A stretch of 64,000 nucleotides of DNA from an uncultured Eubacteriales bacterium. GTDB lineage: Bacteria; Bacillota; Clostridia; Oscillospirales; CAG-272. The notes beneath the pieces are model-generated. The model saw only the letters and a list, made by a program, of their open reading frames with translations, was not told the origin of the DNA and did no database searches. Positions 9,001 through 18,722 of the stretch are shown in pieces. The translations under genes were made by a program, and so were the position numbers. Position 1 is the first letter of the stretch, and every line of letters starts with the position of its first letter. The stretch covers positions 74,035-138,034 of the forward strand of contig CAJJIY010000001.1 of NCBI GenBank assembly GCA_905187695.1, in the 5' to 3' direction.

Positions 9001-10430
9001 TCCTTTACCAGCACGGCGCCGATCTCAGTAATCCCGCAGGTCTGATTGGAAAGGCCGGTGGTCTCTATATCAAAGACCACAAATTCGTCCGAAAAACCGC
9101 CTTTGTAGTCGCCGAAAAGCGCACTGGCGCGGTTGTTGACAAAATAGGCTTCCATGCCGTAAATGACCTTCTGGCCGATTTTTTCGCTGGCCAGCATTGC
9201 GTCCTGAAAGCCCTGAACATTGCCGTGGTCGGTTATAGCCACTGCAGGGTGTCCGAAAGCTTTGGCGCGTTTGACGGCCGCATCCGGCGGAATCATGGCG
9301 TCCATGGCCGACATGGTGGTATGCAGGTGGAGCTCCACCCGTTTTTGCGGCGCATGATCTTCCCGCTCCACCTTTTTGACCACGGCAAGATCGGTATAGT
9401 AGAAAGTAAGGTCAATGTCTTCCACTTCTTTGCGGACATCGTGTTTGGCATAGCCGCGAAGAGCAATGGCCGTTCCGTTCGGGATCAGCTTTTCAAGAGC
9501 GCTTTTGTCTTCCGGTGAAAGCGAAAATTTCTTTACGGTGATGGAGGAATTCCCATCTGTAAGGCAAAATGTAACATTGTATTTTCCGCCCCCGCGGGCT
9601 TCTTCGGCATTAAATGCAAACACCTCGCCCAACACGGTCAGGCCGCGGGCGGGCGTGAGAATGTGAGCAATCGGCACAGGATGAATTTCAAAAGGCGAGC
9701 CGATGGCATATTCCGGTTCGGAAATAAGGAATTTCTTTTTCCCGATGCGACAAACACCGTTTTCGATTTCCGGCTCTCCCACTTCCGGAAGAAGCGACAT
9801 TCGCCGTTCTCCCTGCGGTGCGGCGGCCGCAGTAACCGCTTCACTGCCGCCATGTTGAGCGGCCTGCTCGTATTCTACCCGGCTTTTTTGCAGTTTTCTG
9901 TCCCACTCGGCCAATTCTTTTGCGTAATTTCCCTGTGAAGAGCCAAGATCTCTGGCGTAGCGGATTTCAACCGGACAATTAAGACCGAATTCACTGCGAA
10001 TGATACCGGAAATAACCTCCCTCGTTTTTCCGATCTCAAAAAGGCGCAGACTTTCATCCTCATATGGCAGTTCAAGTAAAAGCGCCCCGTCCCGCAACTC
10101 CGCCCGATAGGAGGTGAAAAATCCGCGTGCCACCACGCCGATCCTCTGAGCTTCTTCCAAAACTTCCGGAATATACTCCTTATCAAAAAAAGAAGCCGGA
10201 TAGCGCGGCAAAATCCGCACCATTGAAAGATCATAGGTGCGGGCGATCTCCTCTTCGATTTTATAAAGTTCCCTTTTCGGTTTCGGAACCGGGAAAAAGG
10301 CGCTGACCTCAATCATGCGCCTTTCTTTATCCGCCCGCAGGCCGATATCGGTGGCCTCTTTCAGCCAAGCGACCTGTGGCGCGGTAAACGAATGCCTTTG
10401 AAATATTTCAATCAGCGTTTTGCCCGCCAT
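6039..10430 (-). CDS. polC: DNA polymerase III, PolC type
   Basis: 1463 aa. PHP domain (VELHLHTTMSAMD). Inserted DEDDh exonuclease (VVFDIETTGL, HRACDDA). CPKC...CPRC zinc module and pol III alpha core. Confidence 0.97.
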   Translation of the reverse strand: MAGKTLIEIFQRHSFTAPQVAWLKEATDIGLRADKERRMIEVSAFFPVPKPKRELYKIEEEIARTYDLSMVRILPRYPASFFDKEYIPEVLEEAQRIGVVARGFFTSYRAELRDGALLLELPYEDESLRLFEIGKTREVISGIIRSEFGLNCPVEIRYARDLGSSQGNYAKELAEWDRKLQKSRVEYEQAAQHGGSEAVTAAAAPQGERRMSLLPEVGEPEIENGVCRIGKKKFLISEPEYAIGSPFEIHPVPIAHILTPARGLTVLGEVFAFNAEEARGGGKYNVTFCLTDGNSSITVKKFSLSPEDKSALEKLIPNGTAIALRGYAKHDVRKEVEDIDLTFYYTDLAVVKKVEREDHAPQKRVELHLHTTMSAMDAMIPPDAAVKRAKAFGHPAVAITDHGNVQGFQDAMLASEKIGQKVIYGMEAYFVNNRASALFGDYKGGFSDEFVVFDIETTGLSNQTCGITEIGAVLVKDGEVLRRYNTFVNPEMPIPPEITKLTSITDEMVKDAPTIAEVLPEFFAFIEDRLLIAHNADFDVGFIRAAANRCQLPFANPYLDTVALSRHLNRELKNHKLDTLAEYFHLGDFNHHRACDDAEMLALIYFAMQEKMKRQEIRNFKGLQEDMAKDSDVLRLPSYHQILLVKNKTGLKNLYRLVSAGYLQYFYKVPRIPKTLLEKYREGLIVGSACEAGELMRAILDNKPEGEIEEIARFYDYLEIQPISNNRFLVEEGRIADEEGLRDLNRRVVALGEKLNIPVVATCDAHFMDDEDDIFRRVMVSAKFKNEDRESHLYYRTTEEMLAEFEYLGKEKAYEVVVTNTNAIADQIENDIRPFPKGTFTPHMDGAEEDLQRICHERARKLYGDPLPEIVSNRLDKELNSIIKNGFAVLYMIAQKLVYYSEEQGYLVGSRGSVGSSFVASMAGISEVNPLPPHYYCPKCQYSEFFTDNSVGSGFDLPDKVCPRCGEKLIGDGHDIPFETFLGFYGDKSPDIDLNFSGEVQGRVHKYTETLFGAENVFRAGTIGALAEKTAFGFVLKYLEEKGISLPRAEMNRLALHCVGVKRTTGQHPGGIVVVPKEYEIYDFCPVQHPADDPNSDIVTTHFTFEYLHDTLLKLDELGHDMPTKYKWLERFSDTSVLDVPMNDRRIYELFRSTEPLGIRPEEIGGCQLGTWGLPELGTRFIQQVLTEAKPKNFADLLQIEGLTHGTDVWLGNAEELIKNNICDISHVIGCRDSIMLDLIRYGLDRSHAFKIMESVRKGRGLTPEWEAEMKEHNVPDWYLASCKKIKYMFPKAHAAAYAMSAIRLGWYKINLPLTFYCAMFTVAGDGLDANVILRGKRQVDARIQEITKAGKAAAPIEIASVPMLQLVQESMARGIRYLPIDLEKSDAKAYLPENGAIRLPFSSLPGVGESAALGIVSERKKEPFFSVEDLQIRAKLNKSVLETLRNAGVFKNIQETDQLSMF

Positions 10431-11523
10431 TTTTTTCTTCCTTTGCTTTCATTTCTTTGACGGCCGCAATCAGCCGAGGGATGATTTCATCCTCCGGGAT
10501 TTTTGATAAAATCTTCCCGTGAGAAATCATCAGTGCTTCCCCGTTTCCGCCGCAGATGCCAATGTCGGCGTTCCCGGCCTCGCCCGGCCCGTTGACAGGA
10601 CAACCCATCAACGCCACACGGATGGGAAAATCCAACAGATTTTCGGCTTTTGCCGCTTCTTCAAAGCGGGCGGAAAGCTCTATCAAATCAATTTTTGTGC
10701 GGCCGCAGGTGGGGCAACTGACAATGTCCATGCCGCGCTGCCCCTGGATTGAGAGGGCATTTAAAATCTCTTTGGCCGCCGCGATCTCGGCCACCGGATC
10801 TTCGGTCAGCGACACGCGGACGGTATCGCCGATGCCCTGGGCAAGAAGCGCTCCGATACCGATTGCGCTCTTGATGCGCCCCCGCTCCCGACCGCCGGCC
10901 TCCGTTACGCCGAGGTGAAGCGGAAACGGACAGCGTTCGGCCAGCATCCGGTTGGCCGCGATCATGGTGGCCACCTCGGAAGCTTTGATGGAAACGATGA
11001 TATCCGTAAAATCAAAATCCGTCAGTAACCGGATATGATATAAAGCGCTTTCAAGAAGCGCTTCGGGAGTCGGCGCCCCGTATTTTGCCAAAATCTCTTT
11101 TTCAAGCGAGCCGCCGTTGACGCCGATTCGAATGGGAATCTTGCGCTCCCGGCAGGCACGACAGACGGCCCGGACATTCTCGCGCGAGCCGATATTGCCG
11201 GGGTTGATGCGGATTTTGTCCGCGCCACGCTCGGCGCAAAGCACGGCCAAACGATAGTCAAAATGAATATCCGCCACCAGCGGCATTCCGGGATCCGCCT
11301 CTTTGAGGCTAAAAAGCGTTTCGGCCGCCGCCGCATCCGGCACGGTCATACGAACGATGTCGCAACCGGCTTTTTTGAGCGCCTGCATCTGCGCCAGCGT
11401 ACCGGCAAAATCGTGCGGATCGGTATTGGTCATGGACTGAACGGAAATCGGCGCCCACCCGCCCACCGTCAGCGAACCGACCCGGATGGCGGCGGTCTTT
11501 CTTCTTATCTCGTTATAGTTCAT
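10408..11523 (-). CDS. ispG: 4-hydroxy-3-methylbut-2-en-1-yl diphosphate synthase (flavodoxin)
   Basis: 371 aa GcpE family. Cys motifs SCPTCGR and GCPVNGPGE. Its 3' end overlaps the polC start by 23 nt. Confidence 0.95.
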   Translation of the reverse strand: MNYNEIRRKTAAIRVGSLTVGGWAPISVQSMTNTDPHDFAGTLAQMQALKKAGCDIVRMTVPDAAAAETLFSLKEADPGMPLVADIHFDYRLAVLCAERGADKIRINPGNIGSRENVRAVCRACRERKIPIRIGVNGGSLEKEILAKYGAPTPEALLESALYHIRLLTDFDFTDIIVSIKASEVATMIAANRMLAERCPFPLHLGVTEAGGRERGRIKSAIGIGALLAQGIGDTVRVSLTEDPVAEIAAAKEILNALSIQGQRGMDIVSCPTCGRTKIDLIELSARFEEAAKAENLLDFPIRVALMGCPVNGPGEAGNADIGICGGNGEALMISHGKILSKIPEDEIIPRLIAAVKEMKAKEEKNGGQNAD

Positions 11524-12557
11524 TTTGTAAACAGCCCGACCACATCTTTGCAGGCCACTACGATCATGATGGCAAGCAGGATCATAAGCCCGGCAAAGTG
11601 AATATATCCTTCCACATTTTTATTGACCGGCCGCCGGAGTACCGCTTCGACCAGTAAAAAGAGTAGCCGTCCGCCGTCCAGCGCCGGGATCGGCAACAGG
11701 TTGAAAACACCGAGATTGATGGTAATGACAATGACCAGATAAAGCAGCGTAGAAGCTCCGCTCTTGGCAGCTTCCCCGATCTCCTTGGTGATACCGACTG
11801 GGCCGCTGACGGCGTTAAAGCCAAAGCGCCCGCGCAAAAGGTCAAAAAGCTGATCATAAATCATTTTAACGGTAGAAACCGACCGGAACCAGCTATGCTT
11901 CAGCACCCGTGAAAAAGTCGGCTTTTCCCCATAGACCCGAAAATCCGGAGAGCCGAAACGGATCCCTTCCGTTTCCATACCGGGGAAAGTGACATTTTGC
12001 AAAGTGACCTTTTCCCCGTTCCGCTCAACCACCAGCGTAAGGGGTTCGTATCCCTGATTCAGAATTTCATAAACCAGTTCGTTTCCGGTATGCACCCGCA
12101 CACCGTTTACCGAAATCACCCGGTCTTCCAACTGAAGGCCCGCGGCCGGACTGGTTGCGTTTTCGTCAAATTCGCCGATTGTGGTTCCTGCCAACCGCCC
12201 ACTGGTCGATACCAACAGGATCATCAGCAGAAAACCCAGCAAAATATTCATCAGCGGACCGGCACAGACAATCAATATCCGTTGCCAAACCTTTTTATTC
12301 CCGAAAGCCTCCGGCCGGTCCGATTCTTCATCCTCACCGACCATACTGCAAAATCCGCCGATCGGCAAAGCACGGACAGAATAAGCCGTGCCGGTCTTTT
12401 TACTGCTTTTTGAAAAAATTTTCGGCCCCATGCCGATGGCAAATTCGTTGACGCCCACGCCAAAGGCGCGCGCCATCAGAAAATGACCCAATTCGTGAAT
12501 CATCACCAGCACGCCGAAAATAAAAATGGCCAACAGAATATAAAGAATAGTGGACAT
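11520..12557 (-). CDS. rseP: RIP metalloprotease RseP/YluC (M50 site-2 protease)
   Basis: 345 aa. HELGH zinc motif in TM1, central PDZ region and C-terminal LDGG motif. Confidence 0.9.
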   Translation of the reverse strand: MSTILYILLAIFIFGVLVMIHELGHFLMARAFGVGVNEFAIGMGPKIFSKSSKKTGTAYSVRALPIGGFCSMVGEDEESDRPEAFGNKKVWQRILIVCAGPLMNILLGFLLMILLVSTSGRLAGTTIGEFDENATSPAAGLQLEDRVISVNGVRVHTGNELVYEILNQGYEPLTLVVERNGEKVTLQNVTFPGMETEGIRFGSPDFRVYGEKPTFSRVLKHSWFRSVSTVKMIYDQLFDLLRGRFGFNAVSGPVGITKEIGEAAKSGASTLLYLVIVITINLGVFNLLPIPALDGGRLLFLLVEAVLRRPVNKNVEGYIHFAGLMILLAIMIVVACKDVVGLFTK

Positions 12558-12571
12558 AAGAGTTCCTTTCG

Positions 12572-13735
12572 TTAAAGCATGGCTTTTGCGCGTTCGCGCG
12601 CCTCTTTGTCAATGTCCATGATGGCATTCAGTGTTTGGGCTTTCGCGGCGTGCGGCAGATCGGCCGTCACGCGGGAAAGAATTTCGAAAATACGGAGAAA
12701 CGGGATTTTTCCGGCAAGAAAAGCCGATACCGCCACTTCATTGGCTGCATTGAGCGCGGCCGGCGCGCCTCCGCCCCGCGTCAGCATCTCACGGGCCAGC
12801 GTCAGGGTCGGAAAGGTTTCGGTATCCGGTTTTTTAAAAGTCAGAGATCCGATCTTTGAAAGATCCAGTTCCGGAATGACCGCCTCGGTGCGCACCGGCG
12901 CAGTCAGCGCGTATTGCACACAAAGCCGCATGTCCGGCACGGACAGTTCCGCAATCACGCTGTTGTCGCAAAATTCCACCATGGAATGTACAATGCTTTC
13001 CCGGTGGACCAACACCTCGATATTTTCTGGCTTCACGGCGAAAAGATGCGCGGCTTCGATCACTTCAAAGCCTTTATTCATGAGCGTCGCGCTGTCCACG
13101 GTAATCTTGGCACCCATTTGCCAGGTCGGATGAGCGAGCGTGTCGCGAACGGTCACGCCCGAAAGTTCTTCTCTGGTTTTCCCAAAAAACGGCCCGCCGG
13201 ACGCAGTCAGAATCAGTTTTTTGATTTCTTTTCCGGTCCCGGCCCGGAGCGATTGAAAGATAGCCGAATGTTCGCTGTCTACCGGCGTGATACGAAGTCC
13301 GCGCCCGGCCGCTTTTTTTATGACCAATTCACCGGCCACTACAAGCGATTCTTTGTTGGCCAGTGCCAGATGGAGCCCGGCATCCAGGGCGGAAAGCGTC
13401 GGAAGAAGTCCCGCCTCGCCCACAATGGCATTGAGCGCAAAATCGGCCGGCGTTTCGGCGATCATCTCAAGGATGCCATCCGCACCGCCGTATACCTTTA
13501 CACCCGTGCCCATGAGTTCAGTCCGGAGCATCCGGGCCGCCTCGCAGTCGGCCATGGCCACCGCGCGAACACCCAGAAGGCGCGAAAGCTCGGCCACTCT
13601 TTTGTAGTTTTTGTTTGCGGAAAGTGCGACAACCGGAATTTTTTGCCGCAGGGCAACATCTACCGCCTGTTCTCCCACAGAACCGGTTGCGCCCAGAAGA
13701 ATAAGACGCGGAAATTCAAATGCGGTATTTTCCAT
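12572..13735 (-). CDS. dxr: 1-deoxy-D-xylulose 5-phosphate reductoisomerase
   Basis: 387 aa. N-terminal LGATGSVG NADPH motif and DXR family core. Confidence 0.95.
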   Translation of the reverse strand: MENTAFEFPRLILLGATGSVGEQAVDVALRQKIPVVALSANKNYKRVAELSRLLGVRAVAMADCEAARMLRTELMGTGVKVYGGADGILEMIAETPADFALNAIVGEAGLLPTLSALDAGLHLALANKESLVVAGELVIKKAAGRGLRITPVDSEHSAIFQSLRAGTGKEIKKLILTASGGPFFGKTREELSGVTVRDTLAHPTWQMGAKITVDSATLMNKGFEVIEAAHLFAVKPENIEVLVHRESIVHSMVEFCDNSVIAELSVPDMRLCVQYALTAPVRTEAVIPELDLSKIGSLTFKKPDTETFPTLTLAREMLTRGGGAPAALNAANEVAVSAFLAGKIPFLRIFEILSRVTADLPHAAKAQTLNAIMDIDKEARERAKAML

Positions 13736-13744
13736 CAGTTTTCC

Positions 13745-14599
13745 TCAGCTGAAAAGCGGAAAGCAGAAATTGAGAAGCAACACCAGAAGCGTAACGGCCA
13801 TGCTGGAATCAAAACGGTCCAGAAGTCCGCCGTGTCCCGGAAGCATCCATCCGAAATCCTTGACACCCTCTTCCCTTTTGATGGCCGACATGATAAGGTC
13901 TCCGATCTGCGAAACCACACCGATGAAAATGCCGCCGATCGCCAACACCGGGTAATTTGGCGTGACATCAAAGCAACGACCGACAATAAGACCGTAAATG
14001 AACCCGGTCAGCGCACAGAAAACCAGTCCGCCGACGGCGCCTTCCACCGTTTTTTTGGGGCTGACCTGCGGGATGAGTTTGTGCTTGCCGAACAACCGGC
14101 CGCAAAAATAAGCAAAAGAATCCGTCACCCACGAGAAAACAAACGGAATGAGAAAGAGAAAACGCCCGGCTTTTCCCTGGTCACGCAAAAAGATCACCGC
14201 GCTGTCCGCACCGATGATATAAAAAGCCGTCATAAAGGCCAGCGCGATTTTGCCCATATTTTCTTTCCCGAAATGAAAAACAATTACGCCGAAAAGCCAA
14301 ATGGCGATGAGCAAAGCCGCCAAAATGGCAATACGAATGAAAAGTTCTTCCCGCTGGTAAAGGACCCGCGTCAGCATCGGGAACGCAAATGCCGCCACAT
14401 ACAGCGGCAGACTGACAAAAAGATTGCCCGTGAGTTTCAGACAATTGAGCAACTCCCACACCGAAACCAGCGAGATTAGTGAAAAAAGGAGCGGGAAAAG
14501 GTAATTGAGCGGGTTCGCGAGGCCTACCGGTTCCGAAAACCAAAAAAACGGAAAAATGCCGGCTATGGCGATCACGGCGGTCAAAATGCGCTTTTTCAT
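13745..14599 (-). CDS. cdsA: phosphatidate cytidylyltransferase
   Basis: 284 aa polytopic. C-terminal signature SAIKREEGVKDFGWMLPGHGGLLDRFDS. Confidence 0.9.
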   Translation of the reverse strand: MKKRILTAVIAIAGIFPFFWFSEPVGLANPLNYLFPLLFSLISLVSVWELLNCLKLTGNLFVSLPLYVAAFAFPMLTRVLYQREELFIRIAILAALLIAIWLFGVIVFHFGKENMGKIALAFMTAFYIIGADSAVIFLRDQGKAGRFLFLIPFVFSWVTDSFAYFCGRLFGKHKLIPQVSPKKTVEGAVGGLVFCALTGFIYGLIVGRCFDVTPNYPVLAIGGIFIGVVSQIGDLIMSAIKREEGVKDFGWMLPGHGGLLDRFDSSMAVTLLVLLLNFCFPLFS

Positions 14600-14625
14600 A
14601 TAGAATTCCTCCGGGCACTTAATAC

Positions 14626-15324
14626 TTATACGCCGCCATAACGCCGTTTCCGCAACCGGAAATCGGCAATGGCCGCATCCAGATCCTCCGGCCTAAAATC
14701 CGGCCAGAGCGTATCTGTGAAATAGAGTTCCGCATAGGCGATCTGCCAAAGCAGAAAATTTGAAATCCGGTAATCTCCGCCGGTGCGGATGAGCAGATCC
14801 GGATCGGGCGCGCCATGGGTATAAAGCGCTTCTTCAAACTGCTCGGCGGTCACTTCCCGCGCGCCGCTGCTTGTCAGACGGTTGCAGGCATGAAGAATGT
14901 CATCCCGTCCGCCGTAATTGAAAGCAATCTGCAACACACGGCTGTGTGCGGCTGTGCGCGCTTCCAGCGCGCACATTCTTTTCATCCTCTTTTCCCCGAA
15001 AGGCGTTTTGTCACCCAGAAACCGGATGCAAAAGCGGTATTTCTCCGCATTTTTTTCACATTCCGAAAGATATTGATCCAACAACTTCAGAATGGAATCG
15101 ACTTCCTTTTGCGGGCGCTTCCAGTTTTCAGTGGAAAAAGCATAAAAGGTGAGGTAAGAAACATTCAGTTTTTCGGCATGGCTGAGTATCCGTTGAAGGG
15201 CCTTGACGCCAAAACGGTGCCCGTACTCACGGGGCATATTTCTTTTTTTAGCCCATCGCCCGTTTCCGTCCATGATAAAGGCGATGTGGTTCGGCATAGG
15301 GCCGAGTTCAGTTGTTTTATCCAT
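14626..15324 (-). CDS. uppS: isoprenyl transferase (undecaprenyl-diphosphate synthase)
   Basis: 232 aa. IAFIMDGNGRWA and RTGGDYRISNFLLWQ signatures. Confidence 0.95.
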   Translation of the reverse strand: MDKTTELGPMPNHIAFIMDGNGRWAKKRNMPREYGHRFGVKALQRILSHAEKLNVSYLTFYAFSTENWKRPQKEVDSILKLLDQYLSECEKNAEKYRFCIRFLGDKTPFGEKRMKRMCALEARTAAHSRVLQIAFNYGGRDDILHACNRLTSSGAREVTAEQFEEALYTHGAPDPDLLIRTGGDYRISNFLLWQIAYAELYFTDTLWPDFRPEDLDAAIADFRLRKRRYGGV

Positions 15325-15381
15325 TTTTGCACCGGAAAAGAGCGGGCGGAAAGTCTCCTCTCGGTCTCTCCGCCCGGCTTA

Positions 15382-15936
15382 TCAGATTACCATGATGTCG
15401 GCCTGCTTTTTCGTCACGGCCGCGTCAACCATTTTAATATACTTGTCAGTAAGATCCTGCACCGATTTTTCGGAAGCTTTTTCCTCGTCTTCGGTCATCT
15501 CACTGTCCTTTTTCATTTTTTTGATAAGGTCATTGGCATCCCGGCGGATGTTCCGGATGGCAACCTTGGCTTCTTCGCCGAATTTGGAAACCTGACGGCA
15601 AAGCTCTTTGCGACGCTCTTCGGTCAGCTGCGGAAAAGCAAGACGGATGACCGAGCCGTCGTTGGTCGGCGTGATTCCGACATCCGAGGCCAGGATTGCT
15701 TTTTCCATGGCCTTGAGTGTAGAAGCGTCATAGGGTTTGATCACCAGTGTGCGGGAATCGGTGGCACGGATATCCGCCATGCTGTTCAGAGGCGTCGGAG
15801 ACCCGTAGTATTCAAAAGAAACCCGGTTGAGCACCGCGGCATTGGCAAGGCCAGCCCGGATGGTATCAAAATTGCCCTCCAGAGTCAGGATGGTTTTGCT
15901 CATTTTTTCGTCAAATTCTTTGGTGTTCAGCTTCAT
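15382..15936 (-). CDS. frr: ribosome recycling factor
   Basis: 184 aa RRF family. Conserved position after pyrH. Confidence 0.95.
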   Translation of the reverse strand: MKLNTKEFDEKMSKTILTLEGNFDTIRAGLANAAVLNRVSFEYYGSPTPLNSMADIRATDSRTLVIKPYDASTLKAMEKAILASDVGITPTNDGSVIRLAFPQLTEERRKELCRQVSKFGEEAKVAIRNIRRDANDLIKKMKKDSEMTEDEEKASEKSVQDLTDKYIKMVDAAVTKKQADIMVI

Positions 15937-15959
15937 ACTTTCTTCTCTCTTTCTTTAAA

Positions 15960-16670
15960 TTAACTGTGCAGTTCGGTTCCGATGTGTTCGCCCATGACCA
16001 CGCGATAGATGTTCTCCGGATCGCTCAGCGCAAAGGCATAACAGCGGATATTGTTTTCCATACAGAAGGTGGTGGCCGAAAGATCCAGCGCCTTCAGTTC
16101 TTTTTCCAGCACTTCTTTATAGGTCACTTCGTCATAGCGTCTGGCCGTGGGGTCTTTCCGGGGATCGGCCGTGTAGATGCCGTCAATATTTTTGGCCATC
16201 AGCACAGCGTCCGCACCGATTTCGGCCGCGCGGAGCACCGCCGCCGTATCCGTGGAGAAAAAGGGCTGGCCCAGACCGCAGGCGAAAATAACGGTTTTCC
16301 CGGCCGCAAGCGCTTCGTTTGCGGCATTTACCGTAAATGTCTCGGTAAAAGCCTGCATTTCCACCGCGCTCATGACCGTGGCACAGAGCCCCGCCCGGCA
16401 AAAAGCGTCCCGCAGTGCCAGAGCGTTGATGGCCGTGGCCAACATACCCATGTGATCGGCTTCTTTCCGATCCATGGCGGTTCCCTGCCGGCCGCGCCAG
16501 ATGTTTCCGGCGCCAACGATCACGCCGATCTCGACGCCCGCCGCGCGGCAGCGGCAAAGCACCTTGGCAACACGGTCAATAAACTCAAAATTAAGAATCT
16601 GGCCGTCCTTGCCGGAAAGCGCTTCGCCGGACAGTTTGAGCAGAACGCGTTTGTATTTCGGAGTCGTCAT
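15960..16670 (-). CDS. pyrH: UMP kinase
   Basis: KRVLLKLSGEAL and GAGNIWRG motifs. Start chosen at ATG 16670, 7 nt after AAGAGG. Confidence 0.95.
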   Translation of the reverse strand: MTTPKYKRVLLKLSGEALSGKDGQILNFEFIDRVAKVLCRCRAAGVEIGVIVGAGNIWRGRQGTAMDRKEADHMGMLATAINALALRDAFCRAGLCATVMSAVEMQAFTETFTVNAANEALAAGKTVIFACGLGQPFFSTDTAAVLRAAEIGADAVLMAKNIDGIYTADPRKDPTARRYDEVTYKEVLEKELKALDLSATTFCMENNIRCYAFALSDPENIYRVVMGEHIGTELHS

Positions 16671-16758
16671 GCACATACCTCTTATAATCTATATTACTTT
16701 CTTCTCTATTTTAAACTATTTTTATAATTTTGTAAAGAGTAAAAACGAAAAACACGCA

Positions 16759-16796
16759 AAAAAATCCCGGTGCGTGAATCCGCACCGGGATTTTTT
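16759..16796 (-). terminator. rho-independent terminator after tsf
   Basis: AAAAAATCCCGGTGCG-TGAAT-CGCACCGGGATTTTTT hairpin. Confidence 0.85.
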
Positions 16797-16805
16797 AAGG
16801 CAATA

Positions 16806-17738
16806 TCAGTTATGACCGGACAACTTTAAGATTTCATCCACAAAGTTGTCCTCTTTCTTTTCAATGCCTTCGCCCTTCTCGTAGATGTCAAAGGAGACGA
16901 TCTTGATCGTGGCGCCCAGTTCCTTTTCGGTATTCTTGGTGTACTGGCCGACCGTGATGCTGTCTTCTTTTATATAAGCCTGTTCGACAAGGCAGACTCT
17001 CTCGTAGAACTTGCCCAGACGGCCGGAGACGATCTTTTCCAGAATCGCATCGGGCTTGTTGGCGTTCTTCGGATCGTTCTTCATCTGCGCGACAAGCACA
17101 GCCTTTTCCTCGGCAACCGCAGAAGCAGGCACATCGGAAATGTTGACATACTGGGGCGGATTGCCGGCAGCCACCTGCAGTGCGATGTTCTTGGCATAAG
17201 CCGCGAACTCAGGCTTGGCGGCAGTGGCGGCATCGGTATCAAACTTCACCACGACGCCGGTCGTGCCAAAGCCGTGGATATAGGAAGAAGTGATGCCCTT
17301 GATGATCACGAAACGGCGAATCTGCAGATTCTCTTTGATCATCGCGATTTTTTCAATGAGTGCCTTCTGAACCGTTTCTTCGGTGCCGTTATAGGGGACT
17401 TCCATCAGTTCGGCAACCGTTGCGGGCTGCTTTTCAATAAGGGTAGCAAGCACACCGGTCACGAATTCCTTGAAAGCATCGCTCTTGGCGGCAAAATCGG
17501 TTTCGGAATTGACCTCGACCATGGCGGTCACACCGTCTTTGGTCATGATGTCCACGCGGCCCTCGGCGGCAATGCGGCCGGCCTTCTTTTCCGCAGTGGC
17601 AAGACCCTTTTCACGCAGGATCTTGACGGCTTTCTCCATATCGCCTTCGGCTTCTACCAGCGCTTTTTTGCAATCCATCATGCCAAGGCCGGTCTGTGCG
17701 CGCAGGGCGGCAACATCTTTTGCTGTAATCGTAGCCAT
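16806..17738 (-). CDS. tsf: translation elongation factor Ts
   Basis: 310 aa. N-terminal UBA-like LRAQTGLGMMDCKKAL motif. Follows rpsB. Confidence 0.95.
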   Translation of the reverse strand: MATITAKDVAALRAQTGLGMMDCKKALVEAEGDMEKAVKILREKGLATAEKKAGRIAAEGRVDIMTKDGVTAMVEVNSETDFAAKSDAFKEFVTGVLATLIEKQPATVAELMEVPYNGTEETVQKALIEKIAMIKENLQIRRFVIIKGITSSYIHGFGTTGVVVKFDTDAATAAKPEFAAYAKNIALQVAAGNPPQYVNISDVPASAVAEEKAVLVAQMKNDPKNANKPDAILEKIVSGRLGKFYERVCLVEQAYIKEDSITVGQYTKNTEKELGATIKIVSFDIYEKGEGIEKKEDNFVDEILKLSGHN

Positions 17739-17760
17739 GTTTTTTCTCCTTTTTTGTGAA

Positions 17761-18516
17761 TTACTCAGCGCCTTTTTCTGTTGCGGCAGCTTCCTCAGCG
17801 GCGGGCGCTTCGGTCTCGGCTTCGGCAGTCTGCTCGCCCTGTTTGCCCTCGATCACAGCGTCTGCGATGACAGAGGAGATCAGTTTGATGGCGCGGATGG
17901 CGTCATCGTTGCCGGGGATGATATAATCTGCATCGTCCGGGTCGCAGTTGGTATCCACAATGGCGATAACCGGAATGTGGAGTTTCTTGGCTTCCAGCAC
18001 GGCATTGCGCTCTTTGTGAGGATCCACAACAAACACGGCGGAAGGCAGAGCGGCCATGTTCTTGATACCGCCATAGCTCTTTTCCAGATCAAAAATCTCT
18101 TTCTGCTTGCCGGCCACTTCCTTCTTGGGAAGCAGATCGAAAGTGCCGTCCTCCTGCATCTTGGTCAGGCTGTTGAGACGGGCGATGGATTTCTTGATGG
18201 TCTTGAAGTTGGTCATCATGCCGCCCGGCCAACGGACATTGACATAGTACATACCGCAACGGGTAGCCTCTTCTTTGATGGCGTCTGCGGCCTGTTTCTT
18301 GGTACCGACGAAAAGGATGGTGCCGTTATTGGCGGAGAGGTCACGCACAAAAGCGTAGGATTCCTCAAATTTCTTCACGGTCTTCTGCAGGTCAATGATA
18401 TAGATCCCGTTGCGTTCCGTGAAGATGTATTCCTTCATTTTCGGGTTCCATCTTCTGGTGTGGTGTCCGAAATGAACACCGGCTTCAAGTAGTTGTTTAA
18501 TGGTAATGACTGACAT
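17761..18516 (-). CDS. rpsB: 30S ribosomal protein S2
   Basis: 251 aa from [38 protein letters not shown] upstream. Acidic C-terminal tail. Confidence 0.95.
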   Translation of the reverse strand: MSVITIKQLLEAGVHFGHHTRRWNPKMKEYIFTERNGIYIIDLQKTVKKFEESYAFVRDLSANNGTILFVGTKKQAADAIKEEATRCGMYYVNVRWPGGMMTNFKTIKKSIARLNSLTKMQEDGTFDLLPKKEVAGKQKEIFDLEKSYGGIKNMAALPSAVFVVDPHKERNAVLEAKKLHIPVIAIVDTNCDPDDADYIIPGNDDAIRAIKLISSVIADAVIEGKQGEQTAEAETEAPAAEEAAATEKGAE

Positions 18517-18632
18517 TCTTATGTCCTCCTTCGGTTTTTTCCACCACGGGCGGCGTCCTACCGTTTCTGGCACCGAAAACGCCTGCTTTTTCCGTGTGTG
18601 AATTTTCGCTTGTTTACCACACAAGCCTTGAT

Positions 18633-18661
18633 ATTATATCATAATGTCCGACCTAATGCAA
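18633..18661 (-). promoter_or_regulatory. sigma-A promoter of the rpsB-tsf operon
   Basis: On the minus strand: TTGCAT-17 nt-TATAAT with an extended -10 TGa. Predicts a ~110-nt structured 5' UTR. Confidence 0.75.
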
Positions 18662-18722
18662 CACAAAATTCCGAGTTTACATTTTTTTTACATTTTCAAG
18701 ATGCTCTCGTTTTAAAAAGGGG

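Noticed and set aside
10408-10430. 23-nt overlap of ispG and polC, considered as a possible frameshift or fusion.
   Set aside because: Both genes have intact, full-length family architecture and their own start and stop. It is a simple overlap in a tightly packed operon.
12914-14479. 521-aa plus-strand ORF spanning dxr and cdsA.
   Set aside because: It is entirely antisense to two strongly supported genes. The translation is low-complexity and R/K/H/G/F-rich, with no RBS or recognisable motif. This is the typical stop-codon-poor shadow frame of GC-biased codon usage.
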